Assembly: GCA_041661505.1 (NCBI GenBank)
Contig: JBAZUF010000004.1
Span: 4,861-68,860 of the forward strand
Reading direction: 5' to 3'
Length of the DNA: 64,000 nt
Source: Patescibacteria group bacterium
GTDB taxonomy: Bacteria > Patescibacteriota > Patescibacteriia > Patescibacteriales > JBAZCA01
The notes beneath the pieces were generated by a model. The model was not told the origin of the DNA. It worked only from the letters and a program-made list of their open reading frames with translations, and made no database searches. Made by a program: the position numbers and the translations under genes. Below, piece after piece: positions 16,806-25,622 of the stretch. The stretch's first letter is position 1, and the number at the start of each line of letters is the position of its first letter.

Positions 16806-17471
16806 TTATTCCGCGATTATATTTTTCATAAGCAGTTTCATTTTATCATTACTTTTTTTTCCGGGATAGTCTTCAACTCCCTGCGATACATCGATTATTT
16901 CCGGTTTGAGTTTATTAATATATGAATCTATATTCAAAGGGCTTATGCCGCCGGCCAGGATTAAAGGCCAGCCCAGTTTTCTTAGCCGGGTGAAAATTTT
17001 GTAATTTTCGAATTTTATCTTTTTTCCCCCGGCTTTATCTTCCGCGCTGGAAGCGTCCAGAAGAAATTTATCAATTTTTCCCAGGTATTTTTCAAGCTCC
17101 GTTTTTTTATCTTTTTCGTTTTCCTCCCCTTTTATTTTAAATGATTTCCAGACTTCGATATTTTTTTTAAACCGGCTGCAAAATTCCGGCGCCTCATCGC
17201 CGTGGAATTGCAAAACATCAACCAATCCGCTTGACGCTAATTTAAGCAGTTTTGACTCTTCCATGTTAACGGTAACGGCAACGATCTTTGGAAAATTTTT
17301 TGACACTGATTTAAGAGTTTTTATTTCTTCTGCCAGTTTCAGAAACTTGCCAATCGAAACAGATCTTGGGCTTTTGGGAAAATCAACAATAAAACCAAGA
17401 TAGCCGGCGCCCCGCGCTATGGCGTTCTTCGCGTCTTCCAAATTAGTAATTCCGCAAAATTTTACTTTCAT
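16806..17471 (-). CDS. trpF: phosphoribosylanthranilate isomerase
   Basis: MKVKFCGITNLEDA N-terminus; position between trpC and trpB. Confidence 0.85.
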   Translation of the reverse strand: MKVKFCGITNLEDAKNAIARGAGYLGFIVDFPKSPRSVSIGKFLKLAEEIKTLKSVSKNFPKIVAVTVNMEESKLLKLASSGLVDVLQFHGDEAPEFCSRFKKNIEVWKSFKIKGEENEKDKKTELEKYLGKIDKFLLDASSAEDKAGGKKIKFENYKIFTRLRKLGWPLILAGGISPLNIDSYINKLKPEIIDVSQGVEDYPGKKSNDKMKLLMKNIIAE

Positions 17472-18328
17472 ATATTTTCGGCGGCGCCATCATCAAAGGC
17501 CATTAACTCGTCAATTGCTTCGCCGATATTCCCGGCTTTCATTAAGGATGTGCCGACTAAAATCGCGTTCGCGCCGGCCGCTTTCATTTTTACGGCGTCC
17601 AGCCGGCAATTAATTCCCGACTCCGCCACCTTTATTATATCATCAGGGATTAAAGAGGAAAGCCGCGGAAAATTATTTATGTCAATTTTCATGCTTTTTA
17701 AGTCCCGGTTATTGATGCCGATGATGCTTGAGCCGGGTTTTTTTATACTGGACATAAGCCGCGCTATGCTTTGGCATTCTTTCTCATCGTGCGCTTCGAC
17801 CAAAACATCAAGATCCAGCCGGCCAGCCAAAGAATATAATTCTTTTAGCTGCTCTTCCTCTAGAATCGCGGCGATCAGAAGAACGGCGTCGGCGCCGAAA
17901 GCCTTGGATTCATATAGCTGGTAAGGATCAAAAATAAAGTCTTTGGAGAGGACCGGTAAACCGGCAGCCCCTTTTACCAAAGGAAGAAAGCCGAGACTGC
18001 CGTTAAAAAATTTTTCTTCGGTTATAACCGATATAGCGCTGGCTCCATGGTCTTCGAAAATCTGGGCGATTTCCAAAGGATTGAATCCTTCCCGGAAGGC
18101 CTTTTGGCCGGCAGAAGGGGAAAAATTTTTAATTTCCGCGATTAATGAAAGCCCTTCTTTCTTTAAGGTTCCGGCAAAATCCCTTTTCTCATAATTATTG
18201 CCCTCCTTATCGGCTTTGATTTTTTCTTGCAATCCGTCCAAACTGGTTTTTTTCATCCTTTCACTAATTTCCAGGATTTTGTTTTCGCAAATTTTATCAA
18301 GAATAGTATTGGTTTTTTTGTATTGCAT
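17468..18328 (-). CDS. trpC: indole-3-glycerol phosphate synthase
   Basis: IAEIKNFSPSAG and INNRDLKS motifs. Overlaps trpF by 4 nt. Confidence 0.9.
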   Translation of the reverse strand: MQYKKTNTILDKICENKILEISERMKKTSLDGLQEKIKADKEGNNYEKRDFAGTLKKEGLSLIAEIKNFSPSAGQKAFREGFNPLEIAQIFEDHGASAISVITEEKFFNGSLGFLPLVKGAAGLPVLSKDFIFDPYQLYESKAFGADAVLLIAAILEEEQLKELYSLAGRLDLDVLVEAHDEKECQSIARLMSSIKKPGSSIIGINNRDLKSMKIDINNFPRLSSLIPDDIIKVAESGINCRLDAVKMKAAGANAILVGTSLMKAGNIGEAIDELMAFDDGAAENI

Positions 18329-18378
18329 AAAGATATCTGGATAATTTAATGCGGCCTGGCCGCTCCGGCCAGGCAGGC

Positions 18379-19392
18379 CTATACTTTGTTTGAAATCTCA
18401 ATAAAGTCTTTAAGCTTGCTAAGAGCTTTTCCCGATTCAATCATATCTTTCGCCAATTTTATCCCTTCTTCCATTTTTCCGGCTTTCCCAAAAGCGAGCA
18501 TGCCCGCGGCCGAATTTAGAAGTACGGCGTTTAACTGGGCTTCGGTTGCCTTGCCATTTAAGACGTTTAAGAATATTTTGGCGTTTTGATCCGCGCCGCC
18601 GCCTTTTATTTCCTCTATATTATACAGCTTTAAGCCAAAATCGCGAGGATTTATTTCGCATCGCGCGGCCCGGCCATTTTCATAAGTATAAAGCTCTGTA
18701 TCGCCTCCGATGCTCACTTCGTCTAAACCTTCTTTTCCGTGAACTAGAATTACTTTTTTAGCGCCGGTCTGTATCAAAGTTTTGGCGATTATTCCGGCTT
18801 TGGACGCGTCCGCCAATCCAATCAGCTGATGGGTGGCTTGGGCGGGATTCAGCATTGGGCCTAAAATATTAAAGTATGTTTTTTTCCCGTATTCGGCCCG
18901 CGCGTCTTTAACATGCCTCAAGGCTGGATGGAAATTCGGCGCGAACATGAATACGATGCCGGCTTCTTTTAAGCATTCTTTCGCCTGGTCCGGATCAAGA
19001 TTTATTTTCACGCCCAGTTTTTCCAATACGTCGGCCGAACCGCATTCGCTTGAAGCGGCCCGGTTGCCGTGCTTAGCCACCGGAATTCCCGCGGCCGCGC
19101 AAACTATCGCGGAAACCGTGGAAATGTTAAAAGTACTGAACCCGTCTCCGCCGGTTCCGCAGTTATCCAGCGTATCGAAATCTATTTTTACCCTGGCCAT
19201 TTTTTTCCGCGTCGCTTCGACAATTCCCGCGAGCTCCTCTTCGGTCATTTCTTTTTCCTCGAAAGATTTGAAAATTCCAATAATTTCATCTTTAGCCAAT
19301 TGTCCTTCTATGATGTTCATCTGCATTTCGCATGCTTGTTCACGGGTGAGATTTTTTTTGCCTTTCAGCAGTTTTAAAATTTCATTTATCAT
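18379..19392 (-). CDS. trpD: anthranilate phosphoribosyltransferase
   Basis: DNCGTGGDGFSTFNIST and KHGNRAASS motifs. Confidence 0.9.
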   Translation of the reverse strand: MINEILKLLKGKKNLTREQACEMQMNIIEGQLAKDEIIGIFKSFEEKEMTEEELAGIVEATRKKMARVKIDFDTLDNCGTGGDGFSTFNISTVSAIVCAAAGIPVAKHGNRAASSECGSADVLEKLGVKINLDPDQAKECLKEAGIVFMFAPNFHPALRHVKDARAEYGKKTYFNILGPMLNPAQATHQLIGLADASKAGIIAKTLIQTGAKKVILVHGKEGLDEVSIGGDTELYTYENGRAARCEINPRDFGLKLYNIEEIKGGGADQNAKIFLNVLNGKATEAQLNAVLLNSAAGMLAFGKAGKMEEGIKLAKDMIESGKALSKLKDFIEISNKV

Positions 19393-19397
19393 AAAAA

Positions 19398-20012
19398 TTA
19401 TTTATCTCCTAAAATAAAATTTTTAAGCAGTATTTTTCCGCCTTCAGTGGCGAAAGATTCCGGGTGGAATTGGATTCCGCAGATTGGATATTTTTTGTGC
19501 TTTAGCCCCATAATTTCGCCGGTATCGGCGGCGCGGGCGGTTATTGCAAGGCATGAGGGAAGGGATTTAGCATCGGCTACAAGAGAATGGTAGCGCATGA
19601 CTTCAAGGTTTTGGGGCAGGCCGCGGAACAACCCTTTAGAGTCATGCATTATCCGGCTTACTTTTCCGTGCATCGGCCGCTTGGCTCTTATGACTTTTCC
19701 CCCGCAGTAATGGGCGATGCCTTGCATGCCCAGGCAAACGCCTAAAACCGGAATGGTTTTTCCCAGCCGGGTTATAACCTCGGCGCACACCCCGAAATAA
19801 GCCGGTTCGGACGGATCGCCGGGGCCGGGGGAAATTACTATTTTATCAAAGCCGCTTTTTTCAATCTGTCCGGCGGTAATTTCGCTGTTCCTTTTTACTA
19901 TAAGCTCAAAGGGCCGGTTTTCGGCTTCTAAAATTTCGCCGATATACTGGTAAAGGTTGTAAGTAAAGGAATCGTAATTGTCGATTATCAGGATTTTCAT
20001 AGAATTATTCAA
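19398..20012 (-). CDS. trpG: anthranilate synthase component II (glutamine amidotransferase)
   Basis: Class I GATase (GVCLGMQ, QFHPES). Overlaps trpE by 8 nt. Confidence 0.9.
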   Translation of the reverse strand: MNNSMKILIIDNYDSFTYNLYQYIGEILEAENRPFELIVKRNSEITAGQIEKSGFDKIVISPGPGDPSEPAYFGVCAEVITRLGKTIPVLGVCLGMQGIAHYCGGKVIRAKRPMHGKVSRIMHDSKGLFRGLPQNLEVMRYHSLVADAKSLPSCLAITARAADTGEIMGLKHKKYPICGIQFHPESFATEGGKILLKNFILGDK

Positions 20013-21417
20013 ATTCTTTTAGAACTTTCTTCATCGCGAAAAGCTTACTTTTAATTTCGGCGTATTCTTTTCCCGGTTTTGAGTCATAAACAATCCCGCC
20101 GCCGGTCTGGGCGTAGCCCTTATTTTTGTAAATGAATAATGACCTGATGGGAATGGCAAAAGTACATTCGCCGGAAAAGCCGAAATGCCCGACCGCGCCG
20201 CCGTAAGGGCCGCGCGCCTCATTTTCCTCGCGCTCGATTATTTTCATCGCTTCGATTTTTGGCGCGCCAGTCAAGGTTCCGGCCGGGAAATTGGCGGCCA
20301 GGGCGGAAAAGGCGTCTTCGCCTTCCCGGATGATGCCGGCCACTTCTGAAGAAATATGCTGGACGTGGCTGAATTTTTTTACATCCATGGCGTTTTTCAC
20401 TTTGACGGAACCGAACCGGGCGACCCGGCCGATGTCGTTTCTGTGCAAGTCGATTAGCATTGAATGTTCGGCGATTTCTTTCGGATCGGATAAAAGTCGG
20501 CGGGTAAGTTTTAAATCTTCGGCCCGGCTGGTCCCGCGAGCGGCCGTCCCGGCCAAGGGAAAAGTTTCCATTTCCCCCTCTCTTAACCTGAATAAAAGCT
20601 CGGGCGATGCGCCGATTATTTTTTCCGGACCGAATTTGAGGTAAAACATGTGGGGCGAAGGATTGACCTTCCGCAGACTTTCATAAATTAAAATATCATC
20701 TCCCCTTATTTCAAATTCGCTTTTAAACCCGGCCACGCACTGGAAGATTTTTCCCTCGGTTATGTCTTTTTTTATCCTTTTTACCATCGCCTCATGCTCT
20801 TTTTTGGTTTTTGTGTCCCGGATGAATTTTACCTTAAGTTTTTTCGGGCCGGAATTTTTTACCGCTGCGCCGCCGCCCTTTTTGCCGAAGGCCATTTTTT
20901 TTATCAAGGGCGCGCGGTTTTGGCCGTAGTGAAAGTAAAAAGATTCGCCCGTCATTTTATCGTAAACCAATCCGTCGGTGTAAACCCCGAATTTAAACTG
21001 GCTAAAATTTTTATGCGGCGCTAGATTAATAGCCGGCTCAAAATAATTCATGCCTTCGTAGGCGATATAGCCGATAAGGCCTCCGGCGTATTGGCGGGAA
21101 ATTACGTTATTGGGAACAATTTTCCTTAAGGCGTAATACGGATTTTCGACCCGGAATTTTTTAGTTTCAATCTTGCCGTTTTTGGCGCGGCAGTTTGTAA
21201 GGCTTAATTCATTTCCGGCGGCGGCCAAAATTGCTTCCGGGCCGAACCCGATTACGTGATAGCGCGAGCGGCCGCCCTCTTCGCCCAAGGATTCGAGAAT
21301 GAAGCAGTCTTCGAAATTTTCTTCAATTTTTTTGAATAGCTCAAAAAAATCAGCGTCCTCGGCGAATTTTATATAGCTCGGTTTTTTATTCTTAAGTTTT
21401 ATTTTCGGCAGCGTCAT
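20005..21417 (-). CDS. trpE: anthranilate synthase component I
   Basis: Chorismate-binding enzyme (FPAGTLTGAPK, GPYGGAVG). First gene after the T-box leader. Confidence 0.9.
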   Translation of the reverse strand: MTLPKIKLKNKKPSYIKFAEDADFFELFKKIEENFEDCFILESLGEEGGRSRYHVIGFGPEAILAAAGNELSLTNCRAKNGKIETKKFRVENPYYALRKIVPNNVISRQYAGGLIGYIAYEGMNYFEPAINLAPHKNFSQFKFGVYTDGLVYDKMTGESFYFHYGQNRAPLIKKMAFGKKGGGAAVKNSGPKKLKVKFIRDTKTKKEHEAMVKRIKKDITEGKIFQCVAGFKSEFEIRGDDILIYESLRKVNPSPHMFYLKFGPEKIIGASPELLFRLREGEMETFPLAGTAARGTSRAEDLKLTRRLLSDPKEIAEHSMLIDLHRNDIGRVARFGSVKVKNAMDVKKFSHVQHISSEVAGIIREGEDAFSALAANFPAGTLTGAPKIEAMKIIEREENEARGPYGGAVGHFGFSGECTFAIPIRSLFIYKNKGYAQTGGGIVYDSKPGKEYAEIKSKLFAMKKVLKEFE

Positions 21418-21502
21418 AAGATTAATTTGTTTTTTCTCGTTCGCATGCGGCGGGTAATTCAGGAAAAGATGTTGCCAGCTTTTTTATCCGGCCGCTGGAA
21501 TT

Positions 21503-21781
21503 AAAAAACCTCCCATCCTTTTATCTAAATAAAATATTTTAGATAAAAGGACGAGAGGTTATCCCGCGGTGCCACCCTTTTTTCCTCCGCCCGAGGCGGA
21601 GAACGCTTACTGACTCGTAAATTGAAATCAGTTATCCTCTGGTTACGGAGGAAGCCGGGCCCTCACTAGCGCAAGAGCCGCCTTTCCCGTCCTGTATTGC
21701 GCAAGACGGGGTAAACTAGACCCAGTCCCTTGGCAGAACCAAGGGATCCAGTTTTAGGCTTTATAGTTGTTAAATTGCTTA
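21503..21781 (-). promoter_or_regulatory. T-box leader (tRNA-sensing riboswitch) of the trp operon, with a terminator
   Basis: The minus strand reads AAAAAAGGGUGGCACCGCGGGAUAACCUCUCGUCC, with the T-box core at 21563-21577. It is preceded by a Stem-III-like hairpin CUCCGCC-UCG-GGCGGAG. A long terminator hairpin at 21509-21558 ends in U6. Confidence 0.85.
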
Positions 21782-21787
21782 ATATTA

Positions 21788-21816
21788 TTTATAGCACAGA
21801 GCTAAACTGCTGTCAA
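21788..21816 (-). promoter_or_regulatory. promoter TTGACA-17-TATAAA for the trp leader
   Basis: On the minus strand the -35 hexamer is at 21816..21811, the spacer is 17 nt, and the -10 hexamer is at 21793..21788. Confidence 0.6.
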
Positions 21817-21868
21817 ATGCCCGAAAGTTATGGTTATTTTCTGGGGGTTTTTTCAATAAACGCCCGGT

Positions 21869-21898
21869 TTGACAGAAAAAGCAGTAGCATGATAATAT
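21869..21898 (+). promoter_or_regulatory. promoter TTGACA-18-TAATAT
   Basis: Perfect -35 hexamer at 21869-21874. The mini-ORF ATG at 21908 is 9 nt after the -10 hexamer. Confidence 0.45.
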
Positions 21899-21907
21899 CT
21901 ATTATAG

Positions 21908-21964
21908 ATGCAAACCGGTCTCAATAATGAAGCCGGTTTTATTGCGCTCTTTATTAAAAAGTAA
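21908..21964 (+). CDS. near-leaderless mini-ORF MQTGLNNEAGFIALFIKK (speculative)
   Basis: It has the same promoter-to-ATG geometry as the other leader ORFs and contains the hairpin aaaccgg/ccggttt (21912-21939). It shows no obvious amino-acid bias. Confidence 0.25.
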   Translation: MQTGLNNEAGFIALFIKK

Positions 21965-22402
21965 TAATTGGCGGAGCCCGTATTAGGTGCCTGGAGTCTT
22001 AAATTCCAACCGGCAGAGATAAGTCTGCCTAGAATTGAGAAAGTTATGAACCTTTTTGTAATTTCGACACAGCCTGGGATGGCCAGTGAAATACACACCA
22101 CTCTGCAAAAGGATTTTCCCGATGGAGTGGTTGTGATGGGTCAGGATCGGCTGACCCTGGATACTAGTTTAAAACCTGACAGGCAAGTCGAGCTGTCAAT
22201 CAGAAGCGGAATAAGAAGCATGAAAGGCGTGGTGGCAATATGCCAAGTTCCGCGGCGTCCGCCTGTGAGATTCCGCAATCCTTTTCGCGTTCAATGCGGA
22301 AGCAATTGCGGAGAATGCGAGAGAGATCTCTGCTAAATAGCATGCACGTCGGGCGAGGGAAGCAAAGCACGCGCTTTCCCCGCCCGCCCAGAACTTTCCG
22401 CT
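21965..22402. other. GC-richer, densely hairpinned segment: unclassified ncRNA candidate or a 96-aa Cys-tailed ORF (22046..22336 +)
   Basis: Many perfect local stems: ggcaga/tctgcc, ccactc/gagtgg, gggtcag/ctgaccc, tgacag/ctgtca, tccgcaat/attgcgga, and a 14-bp stem at 22349-22384. Strand and class are unresolved. Confidence 0.35.
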
Positions 22403-22436
22403 AAAAAAACCGCCCGACTTTGATGGGGCGATTTTT
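22403..22436 (-). terminator. terminator after aroC (usable on both strands)
   Basis: Stem cgccc/gggcg (22411-22415/22426-22430). The minus strand has a U7 tract (22409..22403) and the plus strand has atttttgtttt. Confidence 0.55.
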
Positions 22437-22490
22437 GTTTTAATGCAAGTTCGGCGCTTTATGCATATTAGGATGGGCCTGGCAGAAGAA

Positions 22491-23564
22491 TTATTTATAG
22501 GCTTTATAGCGCAGGTAATGGTCAAGGATTACCAAGGCGGCCATAGCCTCGACGATGGGAACCGCCCGGGGAACGATGCAGGGGTCGTGCCGGCCGGCGG
22601 CCTTTAAAGTGATGGATTTATTTTGGCGGTTGAGCGTTTCTTGGGCTTTGGCTATTGTTGAAGTCGGCTTAAAGGCCACCCGGAAATAAATATTTTCGCC
22701 GTTTGATATTCCGCCCAAGGTTCCGCCGGAGAAATTGGTGCGGGTTTTGACTTGGCCTTTTTCCGCGTAAAACGAGTCGTTGTGTTCGCTCCCGCGCATT
22801 TCCACGGCGCAAAAGCCTGACCCGATTTCAAAACCTTTGGCGGCATTGATCCCGAGCATAGCCTTGGCCAGATCGGCCGGCAATTTATCAAATACCGGAC
22901 TGCCTAAGCCGACCGGGGCATTCTTAATTACCGCCGATACGCTTCCGCCGATTGAGTCGCCTTCCGCTTTAACGGCTTCGATAAGGGCAATCATTTTTTT
23001 CGCCGCTGTTTCATCCGGGCATCTTACCGGATTGGCTTCGATTTTTTTTAAGCTTACTTTGGAATAATCAACTTCGGATTTTACGCTTCCTACCTGATCG
23101 ACAAAGCCTATAATTTCAACGCAAAATTTTTCCTTTAAATATTTTTTGGCGATGGCTCCGGCCGCCACCTGGGCTAATGTCGTCCTGGCCGACGCCCGGC
23201 CGCCGCCGCGCCATTCGCGGTTTCCGTATTTGGCCGAATAAGTAAAATCCGCGTGCCCCGGGCGGTAAACTTCTTTTAAGTTTTCGTAGTCTTCCGAACG
23301 GGCATCGCTATTCTTAACCAGTAAAAGAATCGGAGCGCCGGTGGTCTTGCCGCCGGTAACGCCCGATAAAATTTGGATTTTATCTTCTTCTTTCCTTTGG
23401 GTGGTAATTTTACTTTGCCCGGGCTTTCTCCGGTCAAGCTCTTTTTGGATGTAAGCTTCAGTTATTTCCAATCCGGCCGGACAGCCGTCAATTATGGCGC
23501 CTACGCCTGCTCCGTGCGATTCGCCGAAAGTAGTAATAGTAAATAATTTTCCAAAAGTATTCAT
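22491..23564 (-). CDS. aroC: chorismate synthase
   Basis: [18 protein letters not shown] and [13 protein letters not shown] motifs. Confidence 0.95.
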   Translation of the reverse strand: MNTFGKLFTITTFGESHGAGVGAIIDGCPAGLEITEAYIQKELDRRKPGQSKITTQRKEEDKIQILSGVTGGKTTGAPILLLVKNSDARSEDYENLKEVYRPGHADFTYSAKYGNREWRGGGRASARTTLAQVAAGAIAKKYLKEKFCVEIIGFVDQVGSVKSEVDYSKVSLKKIEANPVRCPDETAAKKMIALIEAVKAEGDSIGGSVSAVIKNAPVGLGSPVFDKLPADLAKAMLGINAAKGFEIGSGFCAVEMRGSEHNDSFYAEKGQVKTRTNFSGGTLGGISNGENIYFRVAFKPTSTIAKAQETLNRQNKSITLKAAGRHDPCIVPRAVPIVEAMAALVILDHYLRYKAYK

Positions 23565-23591
23565 AGTTTTTCTCGATTGGATATTAATATG

Positions 23592-24263
23592 TTATTTAAT
23601 GATGCCCATTTTCCGGTAAACATTTTTCAATTCTTTAACCGTAAGCTGGCCCGGCGCGGTAGTTTTTCCGATAGAAGCGAAAGTGAGGAATCCGCCCCAA
23701 AGCGGCGATAAGAGCCGTGTAATTTTTCCTTTTTCGCCCATGCCCAAAACTATCATTTCTTGATTTTTCTTCCGGCTGGCTAGCAGTTCAAAAAGTTTTT
23801 GATTGTCTTTTTCATTATTAACCATGGTAACAATTTTCATTATATTAGCTTTGCTAACTCCCATCTTTTTCACAACATCCTTAAGCTTCGGCAAGGCCGG
23901 GGTTTTTTTAAAGTCGTGGTAGGAGCAGATTATCTTGGAACCATTCGGCCCGCCCGGAATTTTAATTTTTGAAATGGCCGGCAATTCTATGTCAACGAAA
24001 TCAAAACCGGATTTTAAAGCTGTGTTTAATATGGCGAGCCTTTCTTTTTCCGCGCCCGGAAATTTACCGCCTTCGCTTTTTTTCCGGCAGGTAAAAATGG
24101 AACTTTTTTTAACCGCTCTTTTGATGGCGGAGATATGTTCCGGCTTTAAATTTTTAATGTAATCCGCCCTTAACTCAACCCAATCAGCCTGCTTTTGGGC
24201 AATCCGCAGATTAGACAAGAACTCTTTTAAATTTTTTTCCGCAACCACCGCGCAAATTCTCAT
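23592..24263 (-). CDS. aroD: 3-dehydroquinate dehydratase, type I
   Basis: Size, operon position and a type I-like layout (VELRADY...). Confidence 0.75.
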   Translation of the reverse strand: MRICAVVAEKNLKEFLSNLRIAQKQADWVELRADYIKNLKPEHISAIKRAVKKSSIFTCRKKSEGGKFPGAEKERLAILNTALKSGFDFVDIELPAISKIKIPGGPNGSKIICSYHDFKKTPALPKLKDVVKKMGVSKANIMKIVTMVNNEKDNQKLFELLASRKKNQEMIVLGMGEKGKITRLLSPLWGGFLTFASIGKTTAPGQLTVKELKNVYRKMGIIK

Positions 24264-24282
24264 ATTAATCTTGCCGATATTA

Positions 24283-25596
24283 TTATTTTAAATTTTTAGA
24301 CAATACTTTTCTCATGGCTCGAACCGGCGCTTTTTTCCCGGTGTAATATTCAAACTGGGCCGCGCCCTGGTATAAAAGCATTTCCAGCCCAGGAATAATT
24401 TTCGCTCCTTTCTTTTTCGCGTCTTTTAATAATCTGGTTATAGGAGGCGAATAAACCGCGTCAAAAACAATTTGTCCTTTATGTAAAAACTCGGCCGGGA
24501 CCGGCGTTTTGTTAATCCGCGGCTTCATTCCGACCGGTGTCGCGTTAATAATAATGTCAAAATTATTAACCCGGTGAATTTCCGAAAAATCACAATAACT
24601 CGCCTTGAATTCTTTGGCAAGTTTTCCGGCCCTTTCCGCGTCCCGCCCGAATACGGTTAGCTTCGCCCCTTTTCTTGTTACGCCGTAAGCGATAGCCCGG
24701 GAAGCGCCGCCGGAACCCAGCAAAGCTACTTTTTTATTTTTCAGCCGGGTCATTTTTTCCAAAGGAATCACCGCTCCCTGCCAATCAGTATTATAGCCCG
24801 TCAACCGGCCTTTGTCATTCACTACCGTATTCACCGCTTTGATTTTTTTTGCTACCGGGTCGATTTTATCAAGGAATTTCATTACGGCTTCCTTGTGCGG
24901 CATGGTGCAGGTTAAGCCGCGGATGCCGGATATTCTAACCGCTTTTACCGCGTTTTTTACTTCGGGTTTTTTTATCCGGGCGGATAAAAAAATAAACCGA
25001 TTGTCGATTTTAAGCGCCCGGTAGGCGGCGTTATGCATGGCGGGCGAAAGAGAATGGGCGATCGGGTCGCCGATTATCAGGCAGACTTTTTTCAAATCTT
25101 TTTCCAGGACGGCTATAATTTTCTCGCTAATCGCGTTAAGATCGGGGTTTTTTATACAGTCAATAACTTCATCCGCGTACAATGAATATAGCGGGCTTCG
25201 CAATTTAAAAAGTTTTCTGGCCGATTCCCGGTCCTTAAATAGCGGACGGGTTTTGTCGTTTTTCAGCCTTTTTTCGATATTTTTAAACCCATCTTTTAAA
25301 TAGATGATTTTTCCGTTCTTTTTCAGATTGCGGATATTTTTTTCATTCATAACAATGCCTCCGCCCGTGGAAATTATTTTTTTATCAATATCCGACAATT
25401 CCTTTGCCACCCGGGCTTCCAGCGGCCGGAAAGTTTTTTCCCCGCCTTTCTCAAAAATTTCATTGATGTTTTCTCTCCGGCTTTTTTTAACAATCAAATC
25501 ATCCATTTCAACCGCCTGAAATCCCAGCCTTTTAGCCAGGATTTTTGACAGGCTGGTTTTTCCCGAACCCATAAAACCGATTAAGACGATGTTCAT
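24283..25596 (-). CDS. aroKE: bifunctional shikimate kinase / shikimate 5-dehydrogenase
   Basis: The N-terminus has the P-loop GFMGSGKT of shikimate kinase. The C-terminal ~270 aa match AroE (IIGDPIAHSLSPAMHNAA, NTDWQG, LGSGGASRA). Confidence 0.85.
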   Translation of the reverse strand: MNIVLIGFMGSGKTSLSKILAKRLGFQAVEMDDLIVKKSRRENINEIFEKGGEKTFRPLEARVAKELSDIDKKIISTGGGIVMNEKNIRNLKKNGKIIYLKDGFKNIEKRLKNDKTRPLFKDRESARKLFKLRSPLYSLYADEVIDCIKNPDLNAISEKIIAVLEKDLKKVCLIIGDPIAHSLSPAMHNAAYRALKIDNRFIFLSARIKKPEVKNAVKAVRISGIRGLTCTMPHKEAVMKFLDKIDPVAKKIKAVNTVVNDKGRLTGYNTDWQGAVIPLEKMTRLKNKKVALLGSGGASRAIAYGVTRKGAKLTVFGRDAERAGKLAKEFKASYCDFSEIHRVNNFDIIINATPVGMKPRINKTPVPAEFLHKGQIVFDAVYSPPITRLLKDAKKKGAKIIPGLEMLLYQGAAQFEYYTGKKAPVRAMRKVLSKNLK

Positions 25597-25622
25597 ATAA
25601 TAAGGTTAAGCACTTTACTCTA

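Noticed and set aside
22383-22401. Minus-strand GCGGAAAGUUCUGGGCGGG, which resembles the RNase P CR-I motif GAGGAAAGUCCGGGC.
   Set aside because: I could not find the other universally conserved RNase P blocks (GGUAAGGGUGAAA, AGCAAGGC, ACAGAAnCCGGCUUA), and the helix spacing is wrong.
21965-22402. tmRNA, SRP RNA or 6S RNA identity for the structured element.
   Set aside because: It has no tRNA-like acceptor or T-arm (GGUUCGAnUCC...ACCA), no plausible ...ALAA-type tag frame, and no SRP GGAA/AGCA motif. It is therefore left unclassified.
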